Virus record (IMG/VR): IMGVR_UViG_3300032242_003148
Span: 64,001-128,000 of that record
Reading direction: 5' to 3' (one strand)
DNA length: 64,000 bases
Origin: a virus
Positions 7,901 through 17,447 of this stretch are shown here, one piece after another; positions within the stretch are counted from its first letter, which is position 1, and the number at the start of each line of letters is the position of its first letter. The position numbers and the translations under genes are program-made. The notes beneath the pieces are model-generated. The model searched no databases. It was not told the DNA's origin and saw only the letters and a program-made list of their open reading frames with translations.

Positions 7901-10900
7901 TTATACCTTCCTAACCTGTAATTGTACAGTCTTTGTTACCGTGGATGAGCTCCAACAAGGGTCTGAAATTGGGGTAAATGAAACAAGCAGTGGATAGCTT
8001 GCTATAGTTCCTACAGCCTGCCCTGTCATAGGGTATACTGTTCCTACTGCTGGGGAATATGTAAATTCCCCCTGTACCTCTGAGTTATTGTCTGTAGTTA
8101 GCACAGCTATTGCGTTTAATTGATCACCACTCAATGGGGTTGTGGAGGTTATCTGATCTGGGGTGGGCCACAATATTGTAACCGGACCAGCAGTTACATC
8201 GAATTGGCGATTCACAGTGGTTATTGCTATATTTGCATTGTCAGTAGGTGTAAAGGTTATTGAAATTGAAGAACTACCTGCGGCAAGTCTCGAGTTTGAA
8301 TATAATGAATATGAGAAAGTTCCAGGATACGGTGGAGTAGATCCCTCTGTAGCGGTTAATAATCCCGCGGATAGTGCAGTAGCGCCGCAATATATATTGG
8401 TTGGCGGAGTCCAATTTATTGTTGCTGCTGCTTTGGTTACATTTAATGCCACAGATAATATGGAATCTGCGTAGTCGGCATCAGTTGATGTGAATGTGGC
8501 GGTTAGTAAACTTATTCCTGCATTGAGTCTTGTGCCAGCTGCGGGAGAGTATGATATACTTCCTGCTGCCGGGGTTGTTTGTGTGGCGTTTAACTGAGTC
8601 GAACTGAGCAGGGTACCATAACTGATGCTTGCTGGAGTTGCCCAATTTAATATGGATGGTAATTTTGTTAAATCCAAAGTGATATTAAAATTCTGTGAAG
8701 TACCTGCAGGATTACTAGCAGTAATGGTGATTTGATATGATTGTCCTACATCACCATTAGATGGAGTGCCTATAATATTGCCATAGCAGTCTATGCTCAG
8801 GGATGATGGTAATCCCACAGCTACAAATGCCGTTGGATTATTATAAGTATTAAATTTAATTAATGGCTTGTCTGCTGTGTATGGTCCTGATGAAGTATAA
8901 ACAGATGGTTTGAACTTGTATGTGGTAGGCCCAGAGGTTACTGCAGTTATTGTGGTGGTAGCTTCAATAATCGATGGAACTCCTGTATAATTAATCGTAT
9001 ATTTGGTGTTTGATGACCCCCCAACATAGTTATCAGTAACAACTATATCATAATTTCCTGATCTATTTACATATGTTGGAGAACCATAAATGTTGCACGT
9101 GGCTGTCACATTTGCATTAAACGACACACCAACTGGAAGACTTCCAGAAGTTAAAGTGTAGGCCGTAGAAGAATCTTGACTGGTTATGGCCACACATACG
9201 TTACCTCCCTGTATAACAGGTATATTTTGAGTTGTGTCTTTTACTATGATTTGACAAGCAACTGTGGCCGAGGTTCTTGCATTATTTGCCGTGAGATTGA
9301 CATTATATGTACCTGACCCTATAGAAGCTACCGGACCACCAATCACAGCCCCGGTTGCGCTATCGATTGTTAATGGGGATGGTAAACCTGTAGCGGAGTA
9401 ACTTGTTGGAAATCCAGAGCACGTTAAAGAAAGCAATGGAGAATTATTTGTATATACTCTGTTTTGATAGTCCGGTGGATTGATAGTATAAATATTACTC
9501 GCGGTTGGTGAAGAGATGGTAACCTTGTCAGCACGATAGTCTATTAAAAAACTAAATGGTATAGATATACCGTTTTTGCGGGCATAAATAGTAATTGGAT
9601 ATTTGGCGCTTGTGTCTATTGTACTAGTTCCTGATATGTTGCAACCCGCTAAACTAGATGTATTAAAGGTTAATCCTTGCGGTAGGCTTCCTGAATATGT
9701 GTAACTGTCAGAAGCTCCGAGACCAGTTATCTTATAGCAGTAGTTTGAGTTATTATATACAACGTCAGATACCGGCGAAGCTGAAATATAAATAGTTATA
9801 ACTACATAAGATTTTGCTCCAGCTATGTTTTTCGCTGTGATGGTTGGATAGTAATATCCCTCAGCAACAGAAGTAGATCCTACTATTTGACCAGCGTTAT
9901 TAATGCTAAGTCCTGTGGGTAATCTGTCAGCCGTATAGCTTGTAGGAGAATTATCGGCCAGAACCTGTAACAGTGGTGCGAGTGTAGTATAGTTAGTTGT
10001 ACTATATGTGGGAGATACAATGTAGAATGTTTGCTGACTGACTGGATAAGTTATTTTAGGTGCTGGTATATAATTTATATTAAACTGGCGACTAGATATA
10101 ATTTTTCCTTTTGTTATTTTTAATACTATGTGATATGTAGCAGCGGTGGTTTGTGCTAGCAGACCTGATGGATAATATAAGTGGCAAGAGCTATTCACAC
10201 TAGAGTTTACATATAACCAAGAAGGCAGGGATTCTCCGTATACTGGCTCCACCGCGAATGAAACATTAGGTGTAGTTTTTAGCTCATTTAAATCCGCGAA
10301 CTGGTAACAAAAAGCTGTGCCCTCATAAGCATTTATAGTTTCAGGTGTGGAATTAAGTAAAATATTTAATGTTACTGTTGAGGAGTTGCCTGCCGAGTTG
10401 GTGGCGTATATGCTTACAGGATAGTTTCCTGCAGTGGTTGTGGTTATTTTACCAATAATATTTCCATAGTTATCTATTGATAGTCCTGCAGGTAGTCCTG
10501 TGGCCGAGAAAGACGTAGGCAAATTATCAGCAGCAACAACAAGGAGAGGATGGTTTGTTGTGAAGGTTGAAGATTGCCCGAAAGTATTATTAAAATCTGG
10601 GGGATATATGGTTAAGGTTGAGCCGTCTAATGGATATTTGATATTCGGGATAGATGAGTTTGGAATATCATATTGTATTTGCCTATACCCTCCGGATACT
10701 AAATCTTGTCTAACAATCACAGAAGTTACACCTGAAGTTAACTCATAGTTAGTTCCTGAAAAATTAGCTACAGCTCCATTGCTACTTAAGTTTAATTTAG
10801 GATCAAATATCAGCCAACCCGGTAAAACAGCATTTACCGACATAGATACAACGTCACTTCCTACTATAATAATATAATTAAATGGAACCCCATAAACAGC

Positions 10901-13594
10901 TGCTGGAGTTGTTATAGGATTTCCCTGTATTACTAATGCCACTGTTGATGTTAATGAACTTCCAGCTTCGTTGGTTGCCCCGAATGTTAAATTATATGTA
11001 GCAGGATAATTTGTGTTGCTAGGCATCTGTATTTTACCAACCAGCCCTGCGCCAGAAACAGACAGCCCTGGAGGTAGGCTAGGTGATCCAATAATAGAAT
11101 AACTCGTTGGAATGTTGGTTGCTATTATAGGGAGTAGTGGGGAGTATTTAGAAAATACTCTAGTCGTTAGGGTTTGTGGACCACCATCAGGTGGATATAT
11201 TGTAAAGGTTGAACCTGAAGGTGGGTAACTTATGACAGGGCGGGCAATATATTTTAATGCTAATGATATGGCTGATATTTGTGCGCCCCTTCCAGTGATT
11301 GTTATAAAGTATGTTCTGCTAGTAACCCCTGTTGGATTGCCTGAATAGAGTCTGGGGCTTGATTGGGTTGTGCTGACCGTTAACCATGAGGGTATGTCAC
11401 CCGACACTGTGTAGGATGTTGCTCCATCGATTGATATGGGGTAATTAAACTGTTTTCCTGCTGTTGCTGTTGCGGTGTCTGACCTGGATGAAGTGGCTAC
11501 GCATAATGCAGCCGTAAGTGTGCTTGAGGGGGCGGGAATTGTGGCTGCGGCTACTGCACCATTAAGATAATACGGTATAGTAACATTAGGTGTAGCTGAT
11601 GTATTTGTTACAACAAACGAAACTCCCCCACTGTTTAAATTACTAGAGCTAGGAGAACATGGTATGAAATATATAGATTCGTATATATTATAGTCTTGGC
11701 AAGCTATACTTCCACTTGTTGCTCCATAAGCTATTTCACCTTTACTGTTTTTTATTTTAACAGAGGAGTTAACCAACTGAGCCAAACCTGAAGATTCTGA
11801 AGCTACGCTATATGTGATAGGGGCAGCTGATGGATTATATATAATAATTACAGAAGTAACGAAAGTACCATAATTTCTAGAATCGTTGTATGCTTCTACC
11901 GTACCATAATTTAAGTCTATGTACGGTATGTTTTGTGTTGATACTTTTAAATTTTTAGTAATTATTGCAGAATTAAGCGCATTCTTAAACCCAAGATCCA
12001 TCACAGTAAAAGGATAATATACTGTGTTAGTATTTAATAAATTACATTGAGTGGTAAACTCGCTAGGGGTTTGTGTGGTGGGACCTATAAGAATTTGACT
12101 AGAGGTTAGTACTTGCTTTATTTGAAATGTATATGTTTTTGAGCCTTTTGTAATTTTTATATCTCTACCCTCATGAAAATACTTTTTAAATTCTCCCGTG
12201 CATGTCTGTGACTGGTTTCCTGTTGGTGTTGGGCACCATGAGTGCGCTGCAAAATAAGCGCTATTCACTATGTTGGACGAACTCTCTAATGAGAATGGTG
12301 ATCCAACTATATTACCTGAGCCATAGGCCTGGCTAGGATTGTTTACAATCTTATATAACTCAGCTGCACCGTCTGTAATTCTATTTAAATATGTTGCAAA
12401 CGCGCTTAAATTTTCAGGAGCACATTTAGCGCTACAGTTATTTTTAAATATAAGTCCATGACCGCCCGCGCTAGACGATATAGCATTAAACACTGTTTTT
12501 TTCTGCTTTATAGTAATAGGAAATCCTGTGGTTATGATTGGCCAGGCGCCAGTAATTATCCAGTCTGTTACTGAGCCTGACACGCGAGTGGCCCCTGTTA
12601 ATTTTTCAGCCACATAACCACCATTAAAAATAATACCGTAATACCCAGGGTTAGCGGCTATCGCGGGCCCTAGCGATGGGTCAGTTAATCTTACAGTTAT
12701 TGTGTTTGCCCGTACTAATCTTGGAGGATATGGAACAACATCGTGCTGAATTGTATAAGTTATCCCGTCATTTATCGGTGTAACAAATTTTGAATAATCT
12801 GAGGCAGTTTTTATGTGGTTGGGATCAGATGACAACCCAGTTATGTCTGTTAGTTGTGCTGCAGACAATAAACCAAGTGAGTAACAATCATCTGCATTTA
12901 AAAAAAGTGAACCAGCGTCATTAGGGCTAACTTCATTAACTGTGTATAGATCTTTTATATTGCCTGTGCTGCAGGGATCCCATAAGCCTGTACCGTTACC
13001 ACGTAGCACATCTAAATAAATTGTCTGGTTTGTTCCGCTGCTGAATTCATTGTTAGCTCCGTTGCTTATATAGGCAGTACTTCCAGAAAAATATGTATGA
13101 ACATTAGTTAGTGCCTGTCCAGAAATAGCCCCCTGGGGTGTATAGGCGTTAAATGTTAATGACTTTACAGCTCTTGGGTAATATTGAATTACAGAAGAAA
13201 CAAACTCGGTTTGATCTGCTGTGTAAGCGGTTGGGCTATAGTCGCCCACCAAAAAAGATATCCCAGGACCGAACACCAATTTAATACTCCATTTTAACGA
13301 TGAATAAGATATAAAACTTGTGGTCTGATTAAACAAATGACTTTCTGCTGCAGCAATAGGAAAAACAATATTTCCTATTATTCCTAAATTTACCTCAGAC
13401 AACTCTATAGAAATATTTATAGAGATTTTAGAAATTTTTGAGATATAAACCCTTTTTATATCATGCTCGTTTGTTATAAACAAAGCGTCAAGAAAAGCAT
13501 CATCAGGAATACTAAGACTAGAATTAACCGCCCTACTATCCTTGAAGGGGTAGCTAATTAAACTATTAGTGCTTAAATATTCTAGCGCAGGCAT
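7901..13594 (-). CDS. Giant tail fibre / receptor-binding protein (paralog 2) with putative-Ig (He_PIG-like) and MBG-like repeats
   Basis: N-terminal LEYLSTNSLISYPF; repeated PTS[YF]xAxGLPxGLSI..G.I.G units; three C-terminal W.TP..I..GT.LS..QLNA...G.F.YSP units. Confidence 0.8.
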   Translation of the reverse strand: MPALEYLSTNSLISYPFKDSRAVNSSLSIPDDAFLDALFITNEHDIKRVYISKISKISINISIELSEVNLGIIGNIVFPIAAAESHLFNQTTSFISYSSLKWSIKLVFGPGISFLVGDYSPTAYTADQTEFVSSVIQYYPRAVKSLTFNAYTPQGAISGQALTNVHTYFSGSTAYISNGANNEFSSGTNQTIYLDVLRGNGTGLWDPCSTGNIKDLYTVNEVSPNDAGSLFLNADDCYSLGLLSAAQLTDITGLSSDPNHIKTASDYSKFVTPINDGITYTIQHDVVPYPPRLVRANTITVRLTDPSLGPAIAANPGYYGIIFNGGYVAEKLTGATRVSGSVTDWIITGAWPIITTGFPITIKQKKTVFNAISSSAGGHGLIFKNNCSAKCAPENLSAFATYLNRITDGAAELYKIVNNPSQAYGSGNIVGSPFSLESSSNIVNSAYFAAHSWCPTPTGNQSQTCTGEFKKYFHEGRDIKITKGSKTYTFQIKQVLTSSQILIGPTTQTPSEFTTQCNLLNTNTVYYPFTVMDLGFKNALNSAIITKNLKVSTQNIPYIDLNYGTVEAYNDSRNYGTFVTSVIIIYNPSAAPITYSVASESSGLAQLVNSSVKIKNSKGEIAYGATSGSIACQDYNIYESIYFIPCSPSSSNLNSGGVSFVVTNTSATPNVTIPYYLNGAVAAATIPAPSSTLTAALCVATSSRSDTATATAGKQFNYPISIDGATSYTVSGDIPSWLTVSTTQSSPRLYSGNPTGVTSRTYFITITGRGAQISAISLALKYIARPVISYPPSGSTFTIYPPDGGPQTLTTRVFSKYSPLLPIIATNIPTSYSIIGSPSLPPGLSVSGAGLVGKIQMPSNTNYPATYNLTFGATNEAGSSLTSTVALVIQGNPITTPAAVYGVPFNYIIIVGSDVVSMSVNAVLPGWLIFDPKLNLSSNGAVANFSGTNYELTSGVTSVIVRQDLVSGGYRQIQYDIPNSSIPNIKYPLDGSTLTIYPPDFNNTFGQSSTFTTNHPLLVVAADNLPTSFSATGLPAGLSIDNYGNIIGKITTTTAGNYPVSIYATNSAGNSSTVTLNILLNSTPETINAYEGTAFCYQFADLNELKTTPNVSFAVEPVYGESLPSWLYVNSSVNSSCHLYYPSGLLAQTTAATYHIVLKITKGKIISSRQFNINYIPAPKITYPVSQQTFYIVSPTYSTTNYTTLAPLLQVLADNSPTSYTADRLPTGLSINNAGQIVGSTSVAEGYYYPTITAKNIAGAKSYVVITIYISASPVSDVVYNNSNYCYKITGLGASDSYTYSGSLPQGLTFNTSSLAGCNISGTSTIDTSAKYPITIYARKNGISIPFSFLIDYRADKVTISSPTASNIYTINPPDYQNRVYTNNSPLLSLTCSGFPTSYSATGLPSPLTIDSATGAVIGGPVASIGSGTYNVNLTANNARTSATVACQIIVKDTTQNIPVIQGGNVCVAITSQDSSTAYTLTSGSLPVGVSFNANVTATCNIYGSPTYVNRSGNYDIVVTDNYVGGSSNTKYTINYTGVPSIIEATTTITAVTSGPTTYKFKPSVYTSSGPYTADKPLIKFNTYNNPTAFVAVGLPSSLSIDCYGNIIGTPSNGDVGQSYQITITASNPAGTSQNFNITLDLTKLPSILNWATPASISYGTLLSSTQLNATQTTPAAGSISYSPAAGTRLNAGISLLTATFTSTDADYADSILSVALNVTKAAATINWTPPTNIYCGATALSAGLLTATEGSTPPYPGTFSYSLYSNSRLAAGSSSISITFTPTDNANIAITTVNRQFDVTAGPVTILWPTPDQITSTTPLSGDQLNAIAVLTTDNNSEVQGEFTYSPAVGTVYPMTGQAVGTIASYPLLVSFTPISDPCWSSSTVTKTVQLQVRKV

Positions 13595-13606
13595 ATACCG
13601 GTAATT

Positions 13607-14503
13607 TTAACTTCCACATGAGCAGCTAGAATTAACGGTTGTTAAGTAACTGACCAGCTGCCCATTCAATGTATTATAATAGTTCTTCAAATCAATGAAA
13701 CTATTTTCTAAGCTGGTTAATCTGGTGGTTAGCGTGGATAGATCTGTACATCCTGAACAAGGGGTACAACAAGAATCATTGAACTGTAGTGTATATGCGT
13801 TGCCGCTAGATATCTGCATACAATCCACACCTATTAATGTGAGATTTCCAGAAGCGGGATCTGGTGTAACACCATTTATTTTTTGTATACAATTTGTTTT
13901 AGTACAAATCTGATTTAATCCTAAGTTATCTCCAACATCCATAGCAACACTATTGTTTATTGCGTTATACGTGAATGTCATGTTGGTTCTGGCATTCATG
14001 GTTATGTCACCTGTGAATGTATCTGTGTTTCCATCAGCATCAATATATGTGATAGAATTTACTCCTAATAGTCCTGGTACTATGGTTCTTGTTTCTAGCT
14101 CTGTAGAGGTATTTAAAAATGTGAATTGTCCGGCAGGTTGGAGTTGGAGGGCATCTCCAGTGCCTATTGTTATTTTTCCTGTACTCCCAGCATAAGTACC
14201 AATAGGGGTTAAGTAATATGTATCGTTTAATTTGTGACTATTAAAATCCACAAAAAAACTTCCAACTATGGTGCCACTAGTATATTCCGCAATTTGTATA
14301 GTGCATGAAAATAAGTTATTAAAAAATGCAGATATATAAAATCTTGCTGCAGTATTTGTACTTGCAGATATAGATATATCCACAATAAGTGAATCAGGAA
14401 TTTGGAAAAGTCCATCAGTGCTCGTTACGCTGCTACCTTCTCTTATGGGGTATCTGCGTAATGAGTTTAGGTCAAGATAGTCTAATGAATCAATCCAGGG
14501 CAT
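13607..14503 (-). CDS. Baseplate/tail-fibre paralog 1 (Cys-rich, C-terminal coiled coil)
   Basis: LDYLDLNSLRRYPI; INGVTPD; CCTPCSGC followed by heptads. Confidence 0.65.
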   Translation of the reverse strand: MPWIDSLDYLDLNSLRRYPIREGSSVTSTDGLFQIPDSLIVDISISASTNTAARFYISAFFNNLFSCTIQIAEYTSGTIVGSFFVDFNSHKLNDTYYLTPIGTYAGSTGKITIGTGDALQLQPAGQFTFLNTSTELETRTIVPGLLGVNSITYIDADGNTDTFTGDITMNARTNMTFTYNAINNSVAMDVGDNLGLNQICTKTNCIQKINGVTPDPASGNLTLIGVDCMQISSGNAYTLQFNDSCCTPCSGCTDLSTLTTRLTSLENSFIDLKNYYNTLNGQLVSYLTTVNSSCSCGS

Positions 14504-14505
14504 CG

Positions 14506-16854
14506 TTAAGAGTTAGTTATTCCCCAGTAGATGCCTAAAATTCCAACATCCCCAGTATAGTCATTTGCGGAACCTGTTAGAGTTCTTGTGAGCTTGAAGT
14601 TTACAACGGTATCTTTTCCTATGTACTGTGACGGTATAGTAAGACCACCGGTAAGGTTTATCGGTGTATATGCCGTATATCCCCCGGTCGGCATGCTTAA
14701 TGTAACTCGAGATGATGAGAAAGATGTTAATCCAACAGTGTTATTTATACCTAGAGTGCTCGGGGAAGCTGAACCATTCTGTGCTGAGGTTGCACTATAC
14801 TCAAAAGTAATGGCTAAGTTTGTATTTGTGCTGTTAGCGTTATATGGGGTATTTCCAAATACTTGAAGTACCAAGTTTAATGGGGCGTTGTTAAAAGCAT
14901 CTTTTGTTAAAACTATTTTACCAATCAATCCGTATGGTACAGTTACTGGATTGTTATATGGGAACTTGATATAGGAATTTAAACCTCTGAATTCAAGTCT
15001 TGAGTTTACCGGCTCTATAGAGTCAACTAATCCATATGCTCCTCCGGAAAGATAAGAGACATTGTATGCTCCAGGGCTGCCTGATACTGGTGAAACATTT
15101 ATACCACCTGTGCCTACTAGCTTAGCAACAACAGGGGTTACTTTTTTTGTGAATTTTCCCTGTATATTGTCCCATGTTAGGTCTGCGATAGCGCTACCTG
15201 CAGTATATGTTGAATTAACCGACGAAGATACCGGTACGCTTGTTGCGTTATTGCTAATAGCTGCAGTACCAATAACTATTGGATTTGCTGTTGGGCCAAC
15301 AATAGAAACTTGCGTGGTTGATGTGATTGTAGCGGAAAAAACCGAATTCCAACTATTGTTAACATCGTAGAAGCCGGAAAGAGTAATAGAGGTACTGGAG
15401 TTTAAACCGTGCGGAGATGTAAAAGTTATCACGCTAGGAATACCTGCAGACCATGTGACTGAAGCTATCTCTGGAAGATCTGAATATCCTCTTTTTATAA
15501 ACTTAGGAGTAACGTTAACAAGTAAATCTCCTGTGGTAGAAGACTCTCCTGGCTTATTTTTTAACTGAAATGAAATAAAATTGCTGCTGTTGTTTGGTTG
15601 CGTTCCTGTGGGGGGATTGGCTGTTATATTGTATGGATCAACAGAACTAACTAATTGTGTGCGTAGAGCAGGATTAAACTTAGCAAAAGATATAAAAAGT
15701 CTAGGCCTGCGGAAATTACTTCCTTTATACGTTTCCCATGCTGTTGGGTCCCAAGTACCTCCAGGTGAAGCTGTGAGGATATCATCCGCCCATGGTTGTG
15801 TATTGGCTTGATTTGAGAACCACCAAATACCGTAATTATCTATAGAGAAAATTCCATCAGGGGAATTAACGTCGGCATAGCGTTGAACAATTCCATTTGC
15901 AAGAATCTGCACAAAGTTTGACGGTACAGGAGGCAGGTTTCCACCCAGTTCTATAGCTTCAGCAATTTCGTTACTGTTAAGTATTGTGGAGTCTGGTCCG
16001 CTTGTTAAATTACTTGGAATATAATAAAGAAACTTTGCTACCTGCCCACTCGGTGAAGTTGGTATTGTATAGCCTGGTAAATTAGCTGAGGTGGCAGCTA
16101 TCCATCCAAGCCTGTTAGGATTATTAGGTGATCCATTAGGTGTGGGTATACTCCATGTTGTACCATCATTACTTAATACAGGAGGATAAACAGGACGGTC
16201 TAATATATTATATCTATAGTTTATAAAAAATTGTGTGAATTCATCCACAGATGGTTGAAGAAAGAATTTAGTCGGTGATACTGCATATCCAACATAAACT
16301 GGTAGACCATCAGGATTTTGGGTGAGTTTACCTGGCATCTTTCTAGAAACATAGTATGGTCCAACATTAAATGTGGGCTTAATCCTATTTCCATATTGGT
16401 CTAAAGAATACTCTATCAACCCACTATATGGATCATCTATAGGTATAGAAAAATCGCACATACCCTGGATATAACAATCAGCAAGATTACCAGGATTAAT
16501 ATTTCTTATAATACCAAAAATATAGTTTGAGTTATTAGGCTGAAACATACTGTTGGTTGGGGATGTTGAAAACCCTGTGGATGCCCTGGATAAACCCGAT
16601 CCACCATTATCGTCACGATAATACACAACAGCGAGTTGTCCTGCTTGAATGGGGGATGAACCAGTTAGATCTGCTGGATGAATAGGTTGATTAAAACTCA
16701 TCAATGCAGACTTATTTTGAAGTGCGTCAAAGGCATCATATAGATGCTGTTCTCTTTGAATAAGCTGCTCTAACGGAACATTAACAACAGACTGAGATAC
16801 CTCTTGTCCGTCTTGAATTAATTTTACTGTGGGTACCCAGGGAGTTATTGGCAT
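14506..16854 (-). CDS. Baseplate/tail-fibre attachment protein
   Basis: N-terminal IQDGQEVS..VVNVPLEQL..R.Q.L resembles tail-fibre attachment ends; position after the wedge genes. Confidence 0.55.
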   Translation of the reverse strand: MPITPWVPTVKLIQDGQEVSQSVVNVPLEQLIQREQHLYDAFDALQNKSALMSFNQPIHPADLTGSSPIQAGQLAVVYYRDDNGGSGLSRASTGFSTSPTNSMFQPNNSNYIFGIIRNINPGNLADCYIQGMCDFSIPIDDPYSGLIEYSLDQYGNRIKPTFNVGPYYVSRKMPGKLTQNPDGLPVYVGYAVSPTKFFLQPSVDEFTQFFINYRYNILDRPVYPPVLSNDGTTWSIPTPNGSPNNPNRLGWIAATSANLPGYTIPTSPSGQVAKFLYYIPSNLTSGPDSTILNSNEIAEAIELGGNLPPVPSNFVQILANGIVQRYADVNSPDGIFSIDNYGIWWFSNQANTQPWADDILTASPGGTWDPTAWETYKGSNFRRPRLFISFAKFNPALRTQLVSSVDPYNITANPPTGTQPNNSSNFISFQLKNKPGESSTTGDLLVNVTPKFIKRGYSDLPEIASVTWSAGIPSVITFTSPHGLNSSTSITLSGFYDVNNSWNSVFSATITSTTQVSIVGPTANPIVIGTAAISNNATSVPVSSSVNSTYTAGSAIADLTWDNIQGKFTKKVTPVVAKLVGTGGINVSPVSGSPGAYNVSYLSGGAYGLVDSIEPVNSRLEFRGLNSYIKFPYNNPVTVPYGLIGKIVLTKDAFNNAPLNLVLQVFGNTPYNANSTNTNLAITFEYSATSAQNGSASPSTLGINNTVGLTSFSSSRVTLSMPTGGYTAYTPINLTGGLTIPSQYIGKDTVVNFKLTRTLTGSANDYTGDVGILGIYWGITNS

Positions 16855-16861
16855 AGCTGTT

Positions 16862-17425
16862 TTAATTTACGAGGAATTTAATTCCCCAAGTAACCGTAAA
16901 ATTAAAGGTGGCGTCATAATTAACTTTGTTAAATGACGTTCTAGAGAAGACTATATCAGTAGCTATATTTGTAGGATTAGGGGCACTCACCAGAGCTACC
17001 TCATAAATATTGCTAGACCCACCTAAAAATTGTGCTCCAGTGATAGCTGTGGAGGATGTTATCATGGTGCTAAATAGAACAGTATTATTCTTGTAGTTAG
17101 TGTCTGAAAGATACGTTGGGGCAAATGTTAACGGCTCCCTCAAATAACCAAATGGTGATGTAAAATTTGCAAATGGTTGAGAATAAGCAACATCTATAGT
17201 CGGTGGAGTGAACGAAGTGCTGTTGTTATATCCTATATACATACCCCAGATACCCGCGTTGGGAACGCCTGCCAAGGCATTAGCCATCACTGTGGCTCCA
17301 CCATATAACACAAGATTAGGCTGATCTACCACTAATTCAGATTCTCCCGTGACTGGACAGGACTTCCAAATCTTTACAAAGCCAGATATTGACTTGTTTA
17401 AATTATTTTTTTCTAGGGATCCCAT
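16862..17425 (-). CDS. Baseplate/tail structural protein
   Basis: NLVLYGGA..MA..LAG ... EVAL ... FSR..F......F.FTVTW.I.F pattern typical of myophage baseplate-associated proteins. Confidence 0.6.
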   Translation of the reverse strand: MGSLEKNNLNKSISGFVKIWKSCPVTGESELVVDQPNLVLYGGATVMANALAGVPNAGIWGMYIGYNNSTSFTPPTIDVAYSQPFANFTSPFGYLREPLTFAPTYLSDTNYKNNTVLFSTMITSSTAITGAQFLGGSSNIYEVALVSAPNPTNIATDIVFSRTSFNKVNYDATFNFTVTWGIKFLVN

Positions 17426-17447
17426 ATTTTCTTATTATACTTTAAGG

